Assembly (NCBI RefSeq): GCF_009834535.1
Contig: NC_045705.1
Location: 66,154,001-66,218,000, forward strand
Direction: 5' to 3'
Length of the DNA stretch: 64,000 bases
Origin: Camelus ferus
Taxonomy: Eukaryota
The translations under genes and the position numbers were made by a program. Shown here piece by piece: positions 1 to 12,891 of the stretch (position 1 is its first letter; each line of letters begins with the position of its first letter). The notes beneath the pieces were generated by a model that made no database searches, was not told the origin of the DNA, and worked only from the letters and a program-made list of their open reading frames with translations.

Positions 1-1199
1 TCCAGCTCATGCCCTTCCATGTGATATGTGGCCTTCAAAAGGGCTCCAGGTGCCCAGCTTTAATTTACCCATACCTCTGCCTTTCTGCCACCAGCCCATA
101 TAGCACCTTCACTAAAGCACCAGGGCCCACCCAGGACCCCTTCTCCACTCCCTGTCACTTTATTCCTCCTGCCCAGTCCCCAAGGAGGCCCTTTCTCCTG
201 GGCGTGGTGTAGGAACCTCAGCCTGAAGGCTGGATTGTCCAAAGCAAGCATGGCTTGCAAGCTAAGCAGGGGCAAGAGGGTTCCCCTCCTTGCTCAGATA
301 GTCTTTGTCCCTCTGAGCTGTGCCCAACCCCTGCCCAGTCTGCTAAATTCCTTCAAGCAGACTTACACAGCTTGTGGCTCTTGTCAGCTGATGGTCCAGT
401 TCATCCCCATGGGACCCAGAACCTGCCCTTCCCAGCCAGGACAGGGTCCCTGCCTTCTCCAGAGCTGCCTGAATTAAGGTGCCCGTCCCCTCAGTTCATA
501 TCCTGGAAGCCAGTTTTTCTTCTCCAGGACCTTGACTTGACTTTTTAAGAACCACCCTCAAATTCGACATCATCATTAATGAACTTGTTCCTTGTTCTTT
601 CTTCCTCTCAAATCTCTCCTCTGGGTCATTTTCATTTTTTGGAAGTTCATCTTCTAGAAGTTCTGTCTGTTGGTGATAAACTCCCATGTTCTGTTGGTCT
701 GAATGTCTTCATCTTGGTGTGGGATGGAGATGGCTGTCCTCGCTCACAGGGCTGTGGTGCGAGTCAGAGTCGCTCCCCCATGGCCATGTCTCTGAGGCCC
801 CGACACCCTGGGAAGTCGGAGTCAGCCTCACTCAGGGTCTCCGCTCCCGCCCAGCGGGGTCCTGGCCCTTCCCACGACACCCACCTTCCCTTCTCTCACT
901 CTTGATGCACCAGATTCTCCCATCTCATCAAAACCTCTCAATAGAATCCCTTTGGCATTCCAGGCCCCGTACCTTCCAGACTTAATGTGCCCCTGCCCAG
1001 CGCAGACACGCATTACCTGCCTTTCTCCAGACCCCTGCCCTTTCCCTCCTCTGTACACCTGCTCTAGGGGACACTAAGAGAAGCAAAATATCCTCTTGTG
1101 TCAATATATGCTCCCTCGTAGGGGTGGGGAGGGGACAGACAGCGGGGGGGGGGGGGTGCCAAAATGTGTCTGACTTGTCAGCCCTGGGCAGAAGGGGAA

Positions 1200-2940
1200 A
1201 CCAAAAAAGGGGAGGACCTCCTTGCAGAGGCCCCCTCCTGCAAAGCTATGTGTGGCTATGGATGGTAAACAGGACTGATAAGACAGGCTCACAGACACTG
1301 CGGAGTGAGATCCCCCATGCCCTGCTTTGGGTACTTTGAAAGAAGGCTCCCCACCACTCTCCAAGTGCTCCTGAGCACAAACTCCTGTTTGTATGTGCTG
1401 GAGGGTTGAGGGACTGACAGCACCTCGGTAAGTTAATCCTCCCTTGGGTTGTGGAACTTGTTACCAGTGGCCGATCAGTCACACTTGCCGCTGGGGCCCT
1501 CGGACCCTTAGGTTAGACAGGCTGTTGTGTTACTGGATTGTATAATCTGGGTGGATGGTTGCAGCCCAGGGCAAGTTGTTGACTTGTAAGTTGGACATGC
1601 TTATTGTGACCCCTGCTGGTAGCTCCTGTGAATGTTGACTGAGTACAGAGCCAGGAACTGATTACACCTCTCACATCGGCCAAGGTCGTGCAGTTTGAAC
1701 CATATGGCATGCATACCCCAAGACTACTCTTCTCATACAAGAATTAATGAAAACTGATGAGTGATGCCCAGCACGACCTCCATGCTTAACAACCTGGACT
1801 GGCTGGTAACAAAGGTTCCTGGTGCTTAGCACCTCATTGTGAACTAGCAAAGGTTCGTAATGAAGTGGATATTGGAGTGTCATCAGATTCTATCCTAACA
1901 ATAACTGAAAAAATTGCTGCCACTTGGGAGACAGCCTTGGACATTGCCAATGCTTTATTCCTCGTCACCAGGCGAGGTAGGCAATGTGCCTTTACACATC
2001 CCACAGGGATTCTGGATTCTCCCGCAGCATGTCATCAATGCATCACACGTCAACACGTGAGCACTGCTGCTGTCCCAGCTTTCCTTTCCATCGATGATAT
2101 TCTGACAGTGGTTCCTGCTGAGGAAACTGTCCGCACTGCCTTGCGTGCTCCTCAGACAGAGGTAAGCAGAGATGGTTGGACCTTGAATGAAGACAAAATC
2201 CAGGGTCTTGCCAGCCAAGGAACTTCCTTGGGGGACACCTGGGCAACTACTAAGGACAAATTGCTGGCCTTTTTCTCCAAATACAAGAGGCCCTACACCA
2301 ATCTGTACATTGAAGGCACCATACTCCACATTTAATAATTTTACTAAAGCCTTTGTACTGGGCCACAAGACAAGAGACCAGTGTTCAGGAGTCCTGCAAC
2401 AGGAATATAAGGAAGGTGTAAACCAAGTCCTGACACTCAGCCACACAGCCTTCAGACCCCGTGGAATTAGTCTCAGCTTTGGAAATTATATTCTTCCAGT
2501 ATCACTGGCCCCAGGGCTTTTGCATTTATGGTCTTCTTCCTGCTGCTGAGAGGTGAACACTCTGTAGAATCCCACACGTATCCTCTCGAGCACATAACAG
2601 ACTCGTGCGTGCTGGCCAGATTTCAATGGCCAACACCTGCTACTCTTTGCCTGAAGACTTTCCCTGGCCACTAAAGCCTGGTCTACACACGTGGGCAGTC
2701 AGACGCTAACACTCCCAGGAGCAGCCCTCCACCAAAGATTGATAATGGGAGTTGATGGCAAAGGACCCCAGCTGCCTTGCCTCTAGGGTGCTATTGCTGG
2801 AGTGAGTTAGACACTGGTTCCCAGAGTTTCCTACAAAGGGAATGTCCAGTATGATCCCATGTAGTTTAAACCTGCTAGAGACCTCAGCGTGAGCTGAAAT
2901 AAAGAATACATTAAACGGGATATACAACTGCAGGGGTACA
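1200..2940 (+). mobile_element. Class III (ERV-L-like) internal gag-pro-pol remnant
   Basis: ORF 1865-2335 has degenerate RT motifs ALDIANALF, QCAFT, SPAACH, SIDDIL, GWTLNEDKIQG and KDKLL. The RT N-terminal TTSMLNNLDWLVTK-like stretch lies upstream. Confidence 0.8.
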
Positions 2941-2949
2941 GTTTAGGAA

Positions 2950-3430
2950 TCAGTCAATTAGAAGGACAGACTGAGAAAACCTAAGAAGGACTGAAGAAAT
3001 AAAAAATGTAAAAGAAAAGCTGAGATATGGAAGATAAACGTAAAAGTGCTAATGTGAATAATAGGAATTCTAGAGAGGAATATAAATACGTAGGGAGAAA
3101 ATATCTCAAGAAATAATGGACAATAAATTTCCTGGAATAATACAAACATGAAGCACATTGGATCAAAAAAGCCCAGAGTGCCACAGAGAAAAAAGAAAGA
3201 ACGCACGCTTACGTACATCATACAGAACTTTAAGAAGATCAGAGGTAAAGCTTACACAGAGAAAAAGTCTATCACATACAAAGGAACAAGAATCATACCA
3301 ACATCAGATTTTTCAACAGCAACACTGGAGGCAAAAAGACAATGAAGTAGTATTTTCTAAGTATAAGGAAAATAATTTAGAATCTAGAATTTTATATCTA
3401 TTTGAAACTGTCATTCAAATATGACAGGTG
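2950..3430 (+). mobile_element. Old L1 ORF1 remnant
   Basis: ITYKGTRIIPTSDFSTATLEAKRQ matches the L1 ORF1p C-terminal motif. Confidence 0.75.
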
Positions 3431-4560
3431 GTAGCTAACAGGTATGACAATTTATATTGAAATGGAAACTTTATAAGTCAATGTTGATGTTACACATTTT
3501 TATAATTTTTTTTTACATTTTTATAATTTAAGTCAATATGTAGAAGATTTTAATTGACAGTGCATGTAAACTGGCTGTAAAAACTACAAGAAAATTTTGA
3601 AGAACTTTTTGTTGCTATTGATAGATCTAGTGTGGCTTTTCGATTTTGCAATACCCTTCTGAATTAGAGTTAGTGAATTTAAGTTGGATATAGTTTTCAA
3701 GCAGACATGTCTTTAATTCGAAGTCAAATCGATTATTCTAAAAAAGATGAGCCAGTTTTATAAATGTGTATATAAGTATTTAAAGGAAAAAAGTCTGTAC
3801 TTGATTCAGTTGCTAGCAAACTTCTAGGTATGTTTAGAATAATTTGGATATGTAAATCTATTTTTCAACTGTAAATTTCATGAAATCTAAATATAGATCA
3901 AATTATTTCTGATGAAAATTTTGTGTCTGAACTGAAGTATGCTGTAAGTTAAAACATATACCATATTTTGGTATATTTATACAATGGAATACTATTCAGC
4001 CATAAAAACCAACAACATAACGCCATTTACAGCAACATGGATGCTCCTGGAGAATGTCACTGTAAGTGAAGTAAGCCAGAAAGAGAAAGAAAAATACCAT
4101 ATGAGATTGCTCATATGTGGAATCTAAAAAAAAAAAACAACAAAAAAACCCCATAAATACAAAACAAACAGACTCATAGACATAGAATACAAACTTGTGG
4201 TTGCCAAGGGGACGGAGGGTGGAAAGGGACAGACTGGGATTTCAAAATGTAGAATAGATAAACAAGATTATACTGTATAGCACAGGGAAATACATACAAA
4301 ATCTTATGGTAGCTCACAGAGGAAAAAAATGTGACAATGAATATATGTATATTCATGTATAACTGAAAAATTGTGCTCTATGGTGGAATTTGACACAACA
4401 TTGTAAAATGACTATAACTCAATAAAAAATGTTAAAAAATACATAGCATATTTCAGTGACTTAGAATGAAAAAAGAGAATGTTAAATATCTAATTAATAA
4501 TGTTATATGTTGAAATGATAGTATTTTGGATATTAAATAAAATATATTAAAATTAAAAAA
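3430..4560 (+). mobile_element. hAT Charlie1-like 3' fragment interrupted by a younger L1 3' end (about 3961-4440)
   Basis: ATGAAATCTAAATATAGATCAAATTATTTCTGATGAAAATTT...GACTTAG resembles the Charlie1/MER33 3' part. The nested L1 3'UTR has an A-tail and degenerate TSD AAAA(C/T)A(T/C)ATA(C/G)CATATTT. Confidence 0.65.
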
Positions 4561-4660
4561 TTATGACAGATGGGTCCCAAAATATCAATTATTACAATGA
4601 GTTAATAAATATTATCAGTTAAAGGAAAAATAGTGATTCTATTTTTAAGAATCCAGATAC

Positions 4661-4759
4661 GGAGGTTGGGGGTGGGTACATCTCATGGTACAGTGTATGC
4701 TTAGCATTCACAGGGTCCTAGGTTAAATCCCCAGCACCTTCATTAAAAAAATAATAATA
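4661..4759 (+). mobile_element. Camelid tRNA-Ala-derived SINE (Vic-1 type), degenerate
   Basis: Degenerate A/B boxes and A-rich tail; TSD AATCCAGATAC. Confidence 0.75.
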
Positions 4760-5778
4760 ATCCAGATACTCCTAGAGACACTTCTAAACCATGAAGACAT
4801 GCACAGATTGAAAGTAAAAGGATGTAAGACGGGGAGTCAGAGAAGAGGAAACTGGAGGAAGATGGTCAGAAGGCACCCACGCGCAGGTCTAGGTGCTGGG
4901 GGTGTACAGTACAACAGGATGATGACAGCTAACTGCCGTGCAACAGATGCTCAGGGAAGGTGTTGAGAGAGTCAATCCTAAGAGTTCTCATCACTAGGAA
5001 AAAAATTTTTCCCTTTCTTTTCTTCCTTTTTTTTCTTTTTGTTGTGTCTATATAAGATGGAGATTAGCTGAACTCTGAGGAAATCACTTCACAACATAAG
5101 TAAATCAAACGATCGTGCTGTACTCCTTAAACTTTACACAGTGATGGAAGTCAATTATTTCTCAATAAAACTGGAGAAAAAATGGAAGACAATTATCAGG
5201 CCAAAACACTAACCAGAAGAAATCTGGGGTAGCTATGTTAGCATGAAATGAAACAAACTAAGATAAAAGGGATGTCTTTTAGTCATTCCTTAACAAAGGG
5301 TTCCATTCACAAAAAGAGATCCATTTCAAACAAGTTGCACTTAGTAACATAAACTCAAAACAGATTAAGCAAAAATTGACAGACTACAGGAAGAATTCAT
5401 TAAATCTACCTTAAGGATCTACTGCTGGTTAATGTCAGTTGTTGCAACCACTTCAGGAAACATCTGTTGGCACTGCCTAAAGCTGTGACACAGAAGTTCT
5501 ATGAGTAGGAAGCGTCTCAAAAAGACCCTCCCACATGTGCAAAGACATGTACAAGAATGTTCACAACAGTAGAAGTATGGGAAGAACCCAAAGGTCATCA
5601 GAAAAGTGAATGGATAAATTTGATAATAGTCTCACAGGAAATATTAGAGTCAGAACAAATGAACTAAGCATTCTATAGCAATAAGGAGAACCACAGTAAT
5701 GTAGTATTAAATAAGTCAGCCCCCAAATACGCCATTCAGCATGTTATCATTTTCCTTAAAATTAAAAATAACTTTATA

Positions 5779-5885
5779 GGGGGAGGGAAATAGCTCAGTG
5801 GTAGAGCACATGCTTACCACACAAGAGGTCCTGGGTTCAATCCCCAGTAACTCCATTAAAATAAAATTAAATAAATTAAAAAAAA
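5779..5885 (+). mobile_element. Vic-1-type SINE
   Basis: GGGGAGGGAAATAGCTCAGTGGTAGAGCAC...GGGTTCAATCCCCAG plus A-tail. Confidence 0.85.
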
Positions 5886-7073
5886 TAACAAGAAAACCAT
5901 ATGAAAGGAAAACAAGGGCATATGGAATTCAAGGAGACAGTTACCTTGGGTGGGAGAATAGAAACTGGGAGGTGGAAATAGCATGGGAGGGTGGCTTGGG
6001 TTACTGTCAAGTCCTCATTTTTGTTTTGTTGTGGTGAGTTTGAAGGTGCTGTCATTAAAAATAACCAATGAAATATTTAAATACAATAATTTATGGACCA
6101 AAAAAGGCATCATGATGGAAACTAGAAAACACTCGAAACTAAACTATAATTAAAATACTAGATACTTCACATCTATCAGGATGGGTATCAAACAAACAGA
6201 AAATAATGTGTTGACAAGGATGTGAAGAAACTGGAACGCTTTGTGCACCAATGGTGGGCAATGTATACTGGTGCAGCCACCACGGAAAATAGTATGGTGG
6301 TGCTTCCNNNNNNNNNNNNNNNNNNNNNNNNNNNNNNNNNNNNNNNNNNNNNNNNNNNNNNNNNNNNNNNNNNNNNNNNNNNNNNNNNNNNNNNNNNNNN
6401 NNNNNNNNNNNNNNNNNNNNNNNNNNNNNNNNNNNNNNNNAAGGTGGAAGGAGTCCAAGAGTCCATCAACAGATGAATGGATAAACAAAATGCGGCATAC
6501 ACACACCATGGAGTATTATTCAGCCTGAAACTTCATGGCATATGTTACAACATGGATGAACTCTGAGAACAGCATACAAAGTGAAATAAACAAGCCAGTC
6601 ACTAAAAGACAAATATTGTATGAGCTCACTTATCTGAGGTATCTAGTCACACTCATAGTAACAAAGTAGAATGATGGCTGTCGGGGCCTGGAGGAAGGGC
6701 AAATTGGGAGTTGTTAATGGGTATGAAAACCAGACAGTTGGTTGCACAAGAATGTCAATGTACTTACTACTACTGAACTGCACACTTACAAATGATTAAG
6801 GTGGTAAATTTTATGTGTATTTCAACATACTTTAAAAAACTAACGACATATAAATAACTTACAAAGCTGCATAAAGGGAAATTTTAGCCTTACAAGGTAA
6901 GCTATTCCACAGATTACCTAATTACAAAGAGAAAATGGTACCCTCTATAGGGAAATGATACGGAAGCCATCCCTTTAACCAGGTGATCAAAGCTAGCATC
7001 ACCAATAGCTGGACGTCCTGCCTCACGTGCCCTGTGATCTGCAATAAGCGAATATCAGCTCTATACCTGGCCA

Positions 7074-7123
7074 TGCAGTTAAAGCTCTAGGTTATCTTTG
7101 CAGTTAAAGCTCTAGGTTATTTT
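7074..7123. repeat. 25-bp tandem duplication
   Basis: TGCAGTTAAAGCTCTAGGTTAT(C/T)TT twice, with 1 mismatch. Confidence 0.9.
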
Positions 7124-7810
7124 TGATAGAACTGTTTAACCCAAATCTAAGCATATAAATACAATCACACAAATCCAAACTCAGGACATGTTTATAATTT
7201 TATAATGGCCTGAACTGGTTAAAAAGTCCATTTTATAAAAAATAAACCAAAAAAGGGCTAAGGAGTAAGTTCTAAATTAAAAGAGGTCAAAGAGATGTAA
7301 CAACTAAGTGTAAAAACTATGTGTGTTGTGTGTACAAACAAAATGTGGCAAAATGTTATAAATGAGTGACCCTTTTGAAGGGTATACAGATACTTGTTTT
7401 ATAATCCTTTCACCCTTTCTTCAGATTTGAAAATCCCCTAACTAGTTTGAGGTAAGGGAGCTGCAAATTAATGAGTTATGGACCAAACAAAAAGAGTAAG
7501 GGAAAAAAAAAAACACAGAATGAACCCAAAGGAAGTGTAAGTAAAGGAGAAATATGGTAAGCAGAAATTAATGAAACAGAAGAAAGCTAAAAATGGGGAA
7601 TGACAACAAAAAGCTGCGGCTGTGAAGAGAGTAACAAGTGAACTTCGGCCAGGATCTACAGGATAAAAAAAGAGAAAGCACAAATGAAAAATATTAGATA
7701 CAACAAAGGGGGATGGTACTTTAATACAGTCAAGACTACAAACACCAGGCAATTCTACAAATAACTATGCGCCATAGATACATTAAGAAAATATAAAAAT
7801 ATACTTCCTT

Positions 7811-8890
7811 AGCACTCTAATATTCACATTATAGGGGTCCCAGAAGGAGAAGAGAGAGAGAAAGGACCTGAGAAAAATTTTGGAGAGATAATCTTCCCCA
7901 ACTTGGGAAAGGAAACAGTCACCCCAGTCCTGGAAGCGCAGAGTACCACACAGAATCAGCCCAAAGAGGAACACATCAAGGCACATAGTCATCAAATTGA
8001 CAACAATTAAGGATAAGGAGAAAATACTAAAATTAGCAAGAGACAAGCAACGAATGACCTACAAGGGAACTCCCATAAGGTTATCAGCTGATTTTTCAGC
8101 AGAAACTCTACAGGCCAGAAGGGAGTGGCACGATATATTTAAAGTGATGCAAGGGAGAAACTTACAACCAAGAATACTCTATCCAGCAAGGCTCTCATTC
8201 AGACTTGATGGAGAAATCAAAAGCTTCACAGATAAACAAAAACTAAAAGATTTCAGCACCACCAAACCAGCTTTACTACAAATGTTACAGGAACTTTTCT
8301 AGTCATCAAACCTTAAGAAAAGCTAACAAAAAGAAGAAAGAGAAAATAAGAGACCTACAAAAGATTGCTTTGGCTGTTCAGGGTCTTTTGTGGTTCCTTA
8401 TAAATTTTGGAATTGTTTGTCCTAGTTCTGTGAGGAACGTTGCGAGTATTTCGATAGGGGTTGCATTGGATCTGTGGATTGCTTTGGGTAGCGTGGCCAT
8501 TTTGATAGTGTTGATTCTTCCATCCAAGAGCACAAGAAATCTTTCCATTTCTTTGTGTCATTTCAGTTTTCAGAGAATAGGTAACCTCCTTGGTTAAGTT
8601 TACTTCTAGGCATTTTGTTGTTTTTGATGTAATGGAAATGTCTCTGCCAGTTATAAAATTCTAGTTTTTGAAGTGAAAAAACAAAAACAGTGAAGGGCTG
8701 CAAATGACAAAATATCCCTCTTTTTTATGGGTGAGTTGCATGTCATTACATATACACATATGCTGCATCTCCATTATCTATTCAGCTACTGATGTGCACT
8801 TAGGATGCTTCCATATCTTGGCAATTATAAATAATGTTGCTGTTAATAGCAGGGTGTATGTATTTTTTGAGTTAATTCTTATTTTGTGGT
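7811..8890 (+). mobile_element. Truncated copy of the composite L1 element (ORF1 3' half, spacer, inverted ORF2 pieces)
   Basis: ORF 7997-8302 is the ORF1p C-terminus ([14 protein letters not shown]). It is followed by antisense ORF2 and a linker shared with 33061-33454. Confidence 0.85.
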
Positions 8891-9571
8891 TGGCTTTATT
8901 CCTTTGATAACTAAATTTAAAAAGCTAAAGCTCTAAACATTCTTAGAAACAACGAACAGTACATATACATAAATTTAAAAATATATATGCAGTAAAAAAA
9001 ATGATATGAAATGATTCTGTATGACACTATAGNNNNNNNNNNNNNNNNNNNNNNNNNNNNNNNNNNNNNNNNNNNNNNNNNNNNNNNNNNNNNNNNNNNN
9101 NNNNNNNNNNNNNNNNNNNNNNNNNNNNNNNNNNNNNNNNNNNNNNNNNNNNNNNNNNNNNNNNNNNNNNNNNNNGGATGTTGAGGGTAGGGGAGTATAT
9201 ATGTGTGGGTCGGGAGGGCTATATGCAAACTCTGTATTTTCTGCTCAATTCTTTTGTGAACCTGAAACTGCTCTAAAAGAATAAAGTCTATTAAAAAATT
9301 TTTAAAAATACATACATCCTTGAAAACATAACTGACTCAAGAACTGAAACTTGAGTGACCTATTATCAATAAAAATCTGAAGTAGAACTCTACCCACCAA
9401 TGGGCAAAATGCCAGGCACAGCAGGTTTTATAAGTTTTACCAAAAGGTTTAGAAATGCAAAATTCCAATCTTATACAGACACTTGTAATGAAAATAAAGA
9501 GAACATTCTCCACCTCATTTTATGAGATTAGCATAACCTTGACAAAAAGCAAAACAAAAAACCAGACAGGA

Positions 9572-9710
9572 GGGGGAAGGTATAGCTCAGTGGTAGAGCA
9601 CATGCTTAGCATGCACAAGGTCCTGGATTCAATCCCCAGTACCTCCATTTAAATAAATAAATAAATAAATAAACCTAATTACCTCCCTCAAAAAAAAAAA
9701 AAAAAAAAAA
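9572..9710 (+). mobile_element. Vic-1-type SINE
   Basis: tRNA-Ala head, (AAAT)n, CCTAATTACCTCCC, polyA; perfect TSD AAAAAACCAGACAGGA. Confidence 0.92.
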
Positions 9711-12019
9711 CCAGACAGGAAAGGAAAAGCTTAAACCATTTCACTTATGAGCCTGGATGCCAAAATCCCCCCAAACGTCAGAAAACCAAATCCAGCAATA
9801 TATTGAAAAATACATCACGACTATTTGATTCCAGCAACGCGAGGATGTCTTAACATGAGAAACTGTGTCATGGTATCTCACCACATTTACAGATTAAAGG
9901 AGAAAAACCCTGTGGCTCACTCAGAGTGCCATGGGTGGCAGATGGCAAGGGAGGAAAGTGAGCTGGGCTGCAGGGGGAAAGCTCCGGTGGAAACCACTTG
10001 GCTGTAAAGGTTGGCCCTAAAGTGACAGAGATGCAGAGTTTGACAGGCCACAAGTCTCAAACCTAACTGCAGTAGGAGTCAATCAATCACATGGACTGGC
10101 CACGGCTTTGGGGAAAAAGGGCTCTTGAGCACAGCTCATTCTGGGAGCTCTAATCATATACAGCTGGATTCCACTACTAAGCTGGGAGAGTAGAGGTGGA
10201 ATTCAACGTTGGAGAATGACAAACGGTAACAGCATGCAGAATACAAGGACTCTTGTAGAATGGGTTCGGAGACACTTAATCTTTTTCTTTGGGCTTGAAT
10301 AATTTCTAGAAAAGGAGTTGTTTCTCCAGGGCTTAATTGAATTTAACTATAAAAACATCCTTGCTTGATTCCCTTTTAAAGGAAAGATCTCTGACCGCCT
10401 TTTAATTTTTCTGTGGATTTATCTACTCAAGTTTTCACCATCAGAATTCCTAGCTATGACCCACAGGAGCTAAATGGCTGATGAGAGGAAGCAGAGATTA
10501 AAAGGTTTTTAGGGAGAAAAAAAGATTATTAAAATCACAGAGAGCTGGGGAAAAAAAAACTAATACAATGCCCCCAAAATCACACAGACACATCCAATAA
10601 ACTGGCAAACAAAGGAGTACTTAAAGGAACATTTTAAGCCCTAAATATATTAAAAAACAAGACAAATTAACTAAACATACAACCCAAGGAGTCAGAATGA
10701 GCAAATAACCCCAAAGAAACACAAGGAAAAGGCTAACAAAGTGGACATATTGCAAAGCTACTCAAAGAAAATAAAATGCCCAGAACACAGGACAAACGTT
10801 TGTTGGTTTTACCTGCTCTCACCCCGTGCCCCCTTTTTTGGGTAAAAGAACCTCTCTATTCCACGGAGAGCACATGTCAAGGATCAGGGTGGTTATCTTG
10901 CCTCCCCATATTCCCCTACTCAGCCCTGGCCACAGCAGTCACTCAGGAGAGGTCAAGTGACCTGAGTAAGACTAGTCTGTCCTCCCTGAAATGCATGGAT
11001 CCTTGAAGAAGTAACCCCGTCTGTAAGGACTGAGTGTGAACTGGAGCTTCCTGAAGAACCTACAGGGAGAAAGGGACTATCAACCAAGAGGAGCAGAGGC
11101 GATCCAGGAAATCACTGAGGGCCCTGACGACACCGAGCTGGCCCTGCTCTGAGGCCTCAGGCCAACGAGCCCCTGCTTGCTTCTGCTAGTATGAGTTACA
11201 TTTCTGTCACTCCTAAGTAAGGCAGTCCCAAATGATACATATATTATGCACGTTTTACCCAAAAAAGCTTAAATATACATAAAATATATTATTCTAAAAA
11301 AGTATGAATTACCAAAATTGACTCAAGGATAGAAAACTTGAGAAACAACTCCTTTTCTATAAATTATTCAAGTCCAAAGGAAGATTAAATGTTGCCAAAC
11401 CCATTCTACAAGGCTAGCACAATGCTGTTGTCAAAATGGGACAGGGAGATCATTAAAAAATGAAATCGACCCAGGGATAGATATAAAAATCTTAAAGAAA
11501 TAGTATACTATAAAACTAAACAGAGTTTATATCAGAATGCAAAGATGATTCAACATCAGGAAACCTAATAATGTAAGTAACACCCTGCAATAATATAAAC
11601 GAAATCTTTTGACTATCTCAATAGATGTCAAAATTCATCAATGTTGAATAAAGGGAAAAAACACGAAGTTGGGCATAGAAGGAAACATCTTCAGCCTAAT
11701 GAAGTTTATCTACCAGAAACCTAAAGCAGAATCTTATTTCATGATGAAACATGAAAATCATTCTAAGAGAGGAACAAACCAGGTGCATTTCACATTATAC
11801 CAGAGGTCCTGGCCTCCATAATTCACAAGGAAAATAAATGTAAAGGACAGGATAAAACTGCAACCAATAGGATATGATTTGACTCTATCCAGAAAGCCAA
11901 GATAACTATTAGAATTAATGAGAACTCAGTTAGATCAAATAGGTGAGCACACACAGATGGACAGCTTTCCTACATGGCAGTGATGGTTGGAAATGTAATT
12001 TCAAAAAAGCCCATTCACA

Positions 12020-12161
12020 GGGAGGGTAGAGCTCAGTGGCAGAGTGCATGTTTGGCATGCATGAGGTCCTGGGTTCAATCCCCAGTACCACCATTAAAAA
12101 ATGATAATAATAAAAAAATACACACACACACACACACACACACACATTAAAAAAAAAAAAG
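12020..12161 (+). mobile_element. Vic-1-type SINE with a (CA)n tail
   Basis: tRNA-Ala head; TSD AAAA(A/G)AGCCCATTCA. Confidence 0.88.
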
Positions 12162-12725
12162 AGCCCATTCATAGCAACAAATAACTCTGAACACCTTTAG
12201 ACTGACTACACTGAGCTAGAAATGTGAAAGACCATATGAAGACAACATCTTAAAAAAGCACACATGCAAATCATTCCTGGATAGGAAGATTCAAAACTGT
12301 TAATCACCTCTGTCTAAATCAAACCATGAGGTTTAAAACCATGCCAATGGAAAACTCAACAGAACTCTTAACTGAAAATTGACAAGTTCATTCTAAAGTT
12401 CTTATGTAAGAGAAAATATGAAAATTTCAAGGAACAGTGGGGCAAGGGTGAGGGAGAATGAGATACCAACCCTGCTATAAAACATGATATGTGCACGTAG
12501 ATCAACGGGCCAGATTCCAAAGAGATCCATATGTGTGCAGGAATTTCATTTATTTTAAAAAGGTATTTAAAATCTGTGACAAAAGAATGACTCATTCAAT
12601 AAATGGTATAGGGACAAGAGGCTATCCCTTTAGGAAAAAAATGTTAGCCATCTCCCATAAAAAATAAACTTCAGACAAGCTCAAGATAGATATACTCACA
12701 TATGTATCTTTACCTCATCTGATTA

Positions 12726-12891
12726 ATTTTTTAAGAAGTTCGGCTTTTTTTTTTTTTTTAAGTTTTTAGTGGGGTATTTTTTGTTCTCTTTTTGGGGGGA
12801 GATAATTAGGTTTATTTATTTATTTAATGGAGGTACCGGGGATTGAACCCAGGACCTTGTGCATGCTAGGCACTGAGCTATACCCTCCCCC
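12726..12891 (-). mobile_element. Vic-1-type SINE with a short internal deletion
   Basis: Reverse-strand head and CCTAATTATCTCCCC; TSD TCATCTGATTA. Confidence 0.88.

Larger units (their letters stand above)
4790..7450 (+). mobile_element. Cluster of L1 3' fragments of several ages (L1MA/MB/MC/ME-like)
   Basis: L1 3'UTR signatures such as CAATTATTTCTCAATAAAACTGG, GATGAATGGATAAACAAAATG and TACTACTGAACTGCACACTT. Confidence 0.7.
9330..12660 (+). mobile_element. Degraded old L1 ORF2 (L1ME-like) with nested MaLR LTR (about 10803-11238) and SINEs
   Basis: CATTTTATGAGATTAGCATAACCTTG and AAATCCAGCAATATATTGAAAAA are ORF2 remnants. The TGTTGG...GATACA-bounded segment is MLT1-like. Confidence 0.6.

Noticed and set aside
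9572-9648. tRNA-Ala-like sequences (nine copies)
   Set aside because: They have mismatched stems, A-tails, a shared 3' module and TSDs, so they are SINEs rather than tRNA genes.
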